Positions 59,935 to 64,000 of a stretch of 64,000 bases of DNA are shown here, one piece after another. A program made the position numbers and the translations under genes. The stretch's first letter is position 1; each line of letters starts with the position of its first letter. The DNA comes from Eledone cirrhosa (lineage: Eukaryota). Location of the stretch: the NCBI GenBank assembly GCA_964016885.1, contig OZ024742.1:158038001-158102000 (forward strand). The letters run 5' to 3'. The notes beneath the pieces are model-generated. The model did no database searches, had not been told where the DNA came from, and saw only the letters and a program-made list of their open reading frames with translations.

Positions 59935-62500
59935 ATGTATATATTATACATATATGTGTATATATATGAAATGTTTTAGTACCCATAAATTTTAAGTTAT
60001 ATAAAGTATTTGCCTTAATTTACATAAGGCCACCATTCGTTTGCTATTATATAATGATCCAGTACTAAACGCACGTAAAGAGAGACGAACAATCATTCAT
60101 TCTTTAATGCAATGTAATAAAATAGATAGAAATCTCTAAATAAACCAAATTCAGAAAGAGTTTTATCTCCACTTAATGTATTATTTATAGACGACTAAGT
60201 CTTAATGAATTTAAATGGATGAATTCAGAGAATAAAAAGCAGTGAATTTTAAAATAAGACACAGAAAGAAGGTAAGAAATAAATAATGATTGATTTTAAT
60301 TCTAAAATGATGCAGATGTTTGTTACACAGTACTTTATATTCTTAAAACCATTTAAAACTAGCATAGAGAACGAACTGTTAAAATAGTCAGTCACTCGAA
60401 TATACTTGGAATTTGCAATTATTCATATTCATATTATTATTAATATTATTATAATTATTATTATTTCAAGATCTGAGTGCCCATTTGTTTTTATTTTTTC
60501 TTTGTTGTCAACCATTAATGCAATGTGTTCCGCTTGAAATTTCAAAAAATAACAAAAACAGAAACCCTATTTTCATCTGCACCAAATGCAGAGTATTTGA
60601 TACGAAATTGTTTGTTTATTATTATTATTGTTGCTTTTTTCACTTGAAACACAATGTTTGATTTTTAGCTTTTAGGAGCCAATCAATTCTAGAAATATCA
60701 TTGCTTTATCTGTCTGTTTTCAGACTTCAGCGTAATAAAAGATGGTTAGTGCTTATTTGAGATAGCTAATGAAAATTATATTTACAGTGTTTTAAACAAT
60801 ACAATCAGGAAATAGATCTAAATCTAGAAAATAAAGGAAATCGAATAGGCAGAAAATGCATCGAATCGAGTCAATACTATTTGTGGATAAGATATAAGAA
60901 AAAATATTAAAATAAAACAATATTATTAAAATGATATATATATATATATATATATAATATAAGGCATTCATATAGAAGCTGATATACATGCATATATCAT
61001 ATATATGTGTGTGTGTATGTGTGTGTGTGTATGTGTGTGTATGTGGGTGGGTGGGTGTGTGTATGTATGTGTGTATGCGTGTGTGTGTGTGTATGTGTGT
61101 ATGTGTTTGTGTGTGTGTTTGAATGCATTAAGGATATAGTAACATGAATTACAACGTTAGAATGAAACCAAATATTTAAACACTAAGCGATTTCCTTTCC
61201 AAAGAAGAAATTAAAAGTGTGCATTTTCTACCCAATGATTGTGGGATCAACTCTCGAACCTTACATAATCTTACTAATTCACCATGTTTACTTTGAGAAC
61301 AAATAATCTTGTAAGGGAAAACTGACTTTCATACTATTAAATCGAGAAAACGTCTAATTGGTAACTTGGCAAGCTTTAAGTTGCAGAGAAATCACTCTGA
61401 AATTCTAACGTGCGTTATAAAAAACAGAGAATTAATGATAATACTGGCTCGGATAATTATTGACAGAAAGAAAATAGGATGACCATGGCGATAGTGGTTT
61501 TTGTCATAGTCCTATTAGTATTGGCACTAACCACACAATATGTTTTTCTAACTATCAGATTGGAATTGAATAGATACTATATGTAAGAATGTTACGTGGA
61601 CGTCTATTCAATCATCTATAACTCCTTCCTAACAGTAAAATATCCACATTTTATTACACTGAAGAATATCGCAGAGTGAGAGAAAATAGTCTGGCAGTGA
61701 GAATTAACTTCAATCCACGTTATGTATTATAGCATTTCCTTATGTCGTAAAGCTCCTTGTGAAATGCATTAACATTGTACAATAAACTCTTTGCTCCAAG
61801 GTTGTTTAAAGGCGTGTGCGATTCTAAAGGATTGCTCTGAATTTATACAATTAAGGCTACAGAAACCGTGTGTACTCTGCTGGTACATTTCAGTATACTA
61901 TGCGGACATTTAGCTACTTCTTTCTGAGTTATCGCCCTAAAAAAACATTAGCTATGACGTGTAAGCCACGACATACTTGATAATTGTGCAGGGAAGCTTA
62001 CGCCGCCTGAGTGAAGCATCCTAAACGTGGAACCCATGGAGAAAAGTAAGCAGACAGGTTCATATAGATAGGGCTTACGTAAACTTGGACAAAGTGTAGT
62101 ACTGATGACAGGATATCAAACGTGATCATTCCATTAATTTCCAAGTCCGTGCAATCTTGGTGATCATTCACACTAGAGGATAAAATATATTGCTATGTAT
62201 CATTATCAGTACATCTAATTTCGTAATTCACTATAGAACACCTTTTGAAAGACCGAATCTAGGTTGAGTTTTCCATTAGCAAATTCGATCGGTAGTGTGT
62301 GTTCCAGATATATCACCTACCTCAAAAAAGGTAATTCACGCTCACACATATTTATAGACACATTCAGACACATATATACAACTGTGTACATATGTGTGCG
62401 TTTGTGTGTGTGTGTTAACGAGCAAACAAAAACCTAATTATTTATGCAGAAACATAGCTGACCCTGTTATCACATAAGTAAATGATACTATTAATATTAA

Positions 62501-63800
62501 GGGCGGTGGTTTGGCAGTATCAGTAGAGGATCTGGCGCCATGCTTTGCAGCATAGAATTACGTCCCTTTACGATCTGAGTTTAAATCCCTTACGTGGTCG
62601 ATAAAATAAAGTATCAGTAATGTACTGGTATAATCGCTGGCCTTGTGCTAAATGTAGAAACAACTATTAATATTTATATTCATGGCAACAGAACCGGCTA
62701 AATTATTTAATTACCAGGCGGTGGATTGGCAATATCGGTAGAGGGTCGGACGCCATGCTTTCCAGCATAGTTACGTCCCTTTACGATCTGAGTTCAAATC
62801 CCGCCGAGGTTAATTTTGCCTTTCATCCTTACGGGGTCGATAAAATAAAGTACCAGTAATGCACTGGGTAATTGCTGGCCTTGTGCCTAACGTAGAAACA
62901 ATTATTTAATTACACTTTAAACTTCACGGCTATTAATAAGTCTTAATAAGGTGTGACCTAAGCTGGAACTGCGTATTTATTAAGTTACAAACTATTTAGA
63001 AGAAAAGTGAACTCCTCTTATATCAGAGCGAGATTAACCAGATCCTTAACACGCTCTCATATGTAAGTGTTTGTATATGTAATTGTTTATATACGTAAAT
63101 ATTTATATATGTAAATGTTTATAAGCTTAAATATTTATATACGTAAACGTTTATATTCGTAAATATTTATCTGCATTAATATTTATATACGTAAATATTT
63201 CGATGTGTAAATGTTTATAAACGCAAATATTTGTAATGGAGTTAATTTTCATTATTCAGTGTGGATAAGGGCAAGAGAATTGCAGAATCTGTAGAGCGTC
63301 TGACAAAATGCTTTGCAGTATTTAGTTAGGGCCCCTTACGGTCTAAGTTCAAATCCCGCCGAGATTTGCTTTTCCTTTCATCCTTACGGGGTCGAGAAAA
63401 TAAAGTACCAATAATGGACTAGGGTCGATTTAATCGACGTTCTCCTACCCCTGAATTGCTGGCCTTGTGCCTATATAAGAAACCATTATTTAGTGTGGAT
63501 GTTTCCAGATCCTTGCAATCGCAATTGAAGGTTAACATTGTAAACCAAAGTATATATTCAAATATAGGTTTTATGCACCTTATAATTTTCCGCGTCAATA
63601 GCGACTCATAACTCGGAATATTATTGGCAGTATCGGTGGAGAGTCGGGCGCCATGCTTTCCAGCATAGTTACGTCCCTTTACGATCTGAGTTCAAATCCC
63701 GCCGAGGTTGACATTGCCTTTCATCCTTACGGGGTCGATAAAATAAAGTACCAGTAATGCACTGGGTAATTGCTGGCCTTGTGCCTAAAGTAGAAACAAT
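62501..63800 (+). mobile_element. four same-orientation SINE family 1 copies (62501-62662, 62717-62905, 63268-63490, 63625-63800)
   Basis: Repeated head, core and tail motifs. Confidence 0.85.
63063..63231. repeat. 16-bp minisatellite (gtaaatatttatatac, ~10 copies)
   Basis: Read directly. Confidence 0.8.
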
Positions 63801-64000
63801 TATGTTTTAACTAGAAACAAAAGACAGGCATCTTTTGAAAGGAATTCTAACCCTTCAGGCTATGCACCTCTAATATGCTATGCCAATATTTACAGACAAA
63901 ATTAAGTTTTCAGTATTACTTGAGGTAAACCTTTTTCCACTGGTATTCCAATAAATAATTTAGATGAGTCTCAGATTAGCGGGTTAATGTTGGGTGATTA

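Overview
This is an AT-rich, repeat-saturated animal genomic window with no confidently identifiable host gene. The SINE types, RTE tails and extreme (AT)n/(TACA)n load suggest a cephalopod (octopus-like) genome; that is inference. It holds three 5'-truncated Penelope-like retroelements (RT plus C-terminal GIY-YIG), two of them with inverted pseudo-LTRs. It also holds a full-length degenerate maT-type (DDxD) Tc1/mariner, two deleted mariners, a non-autonomous Helitron, R4/Dong-, Tx1/L1- and RTE-type LINE fragments, two tRNA-derived SINE families and huge microsatellites. The most striking signal is a large set of short, non-coding, fold-back units bounded by (AT)n. About ten sequence-unrelated families of these carry minimal type I hammerhead-ribozyme motifs (CTGANGA-stem II-GAAA-short, often palindromic, loop-NTH), one with compensatory stem changes between copies. 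A ~2.65 kb inverted duplication with further inverted repeats nested inside it is also present. All alignments and folds were done by eye, so boundaries are approximate.
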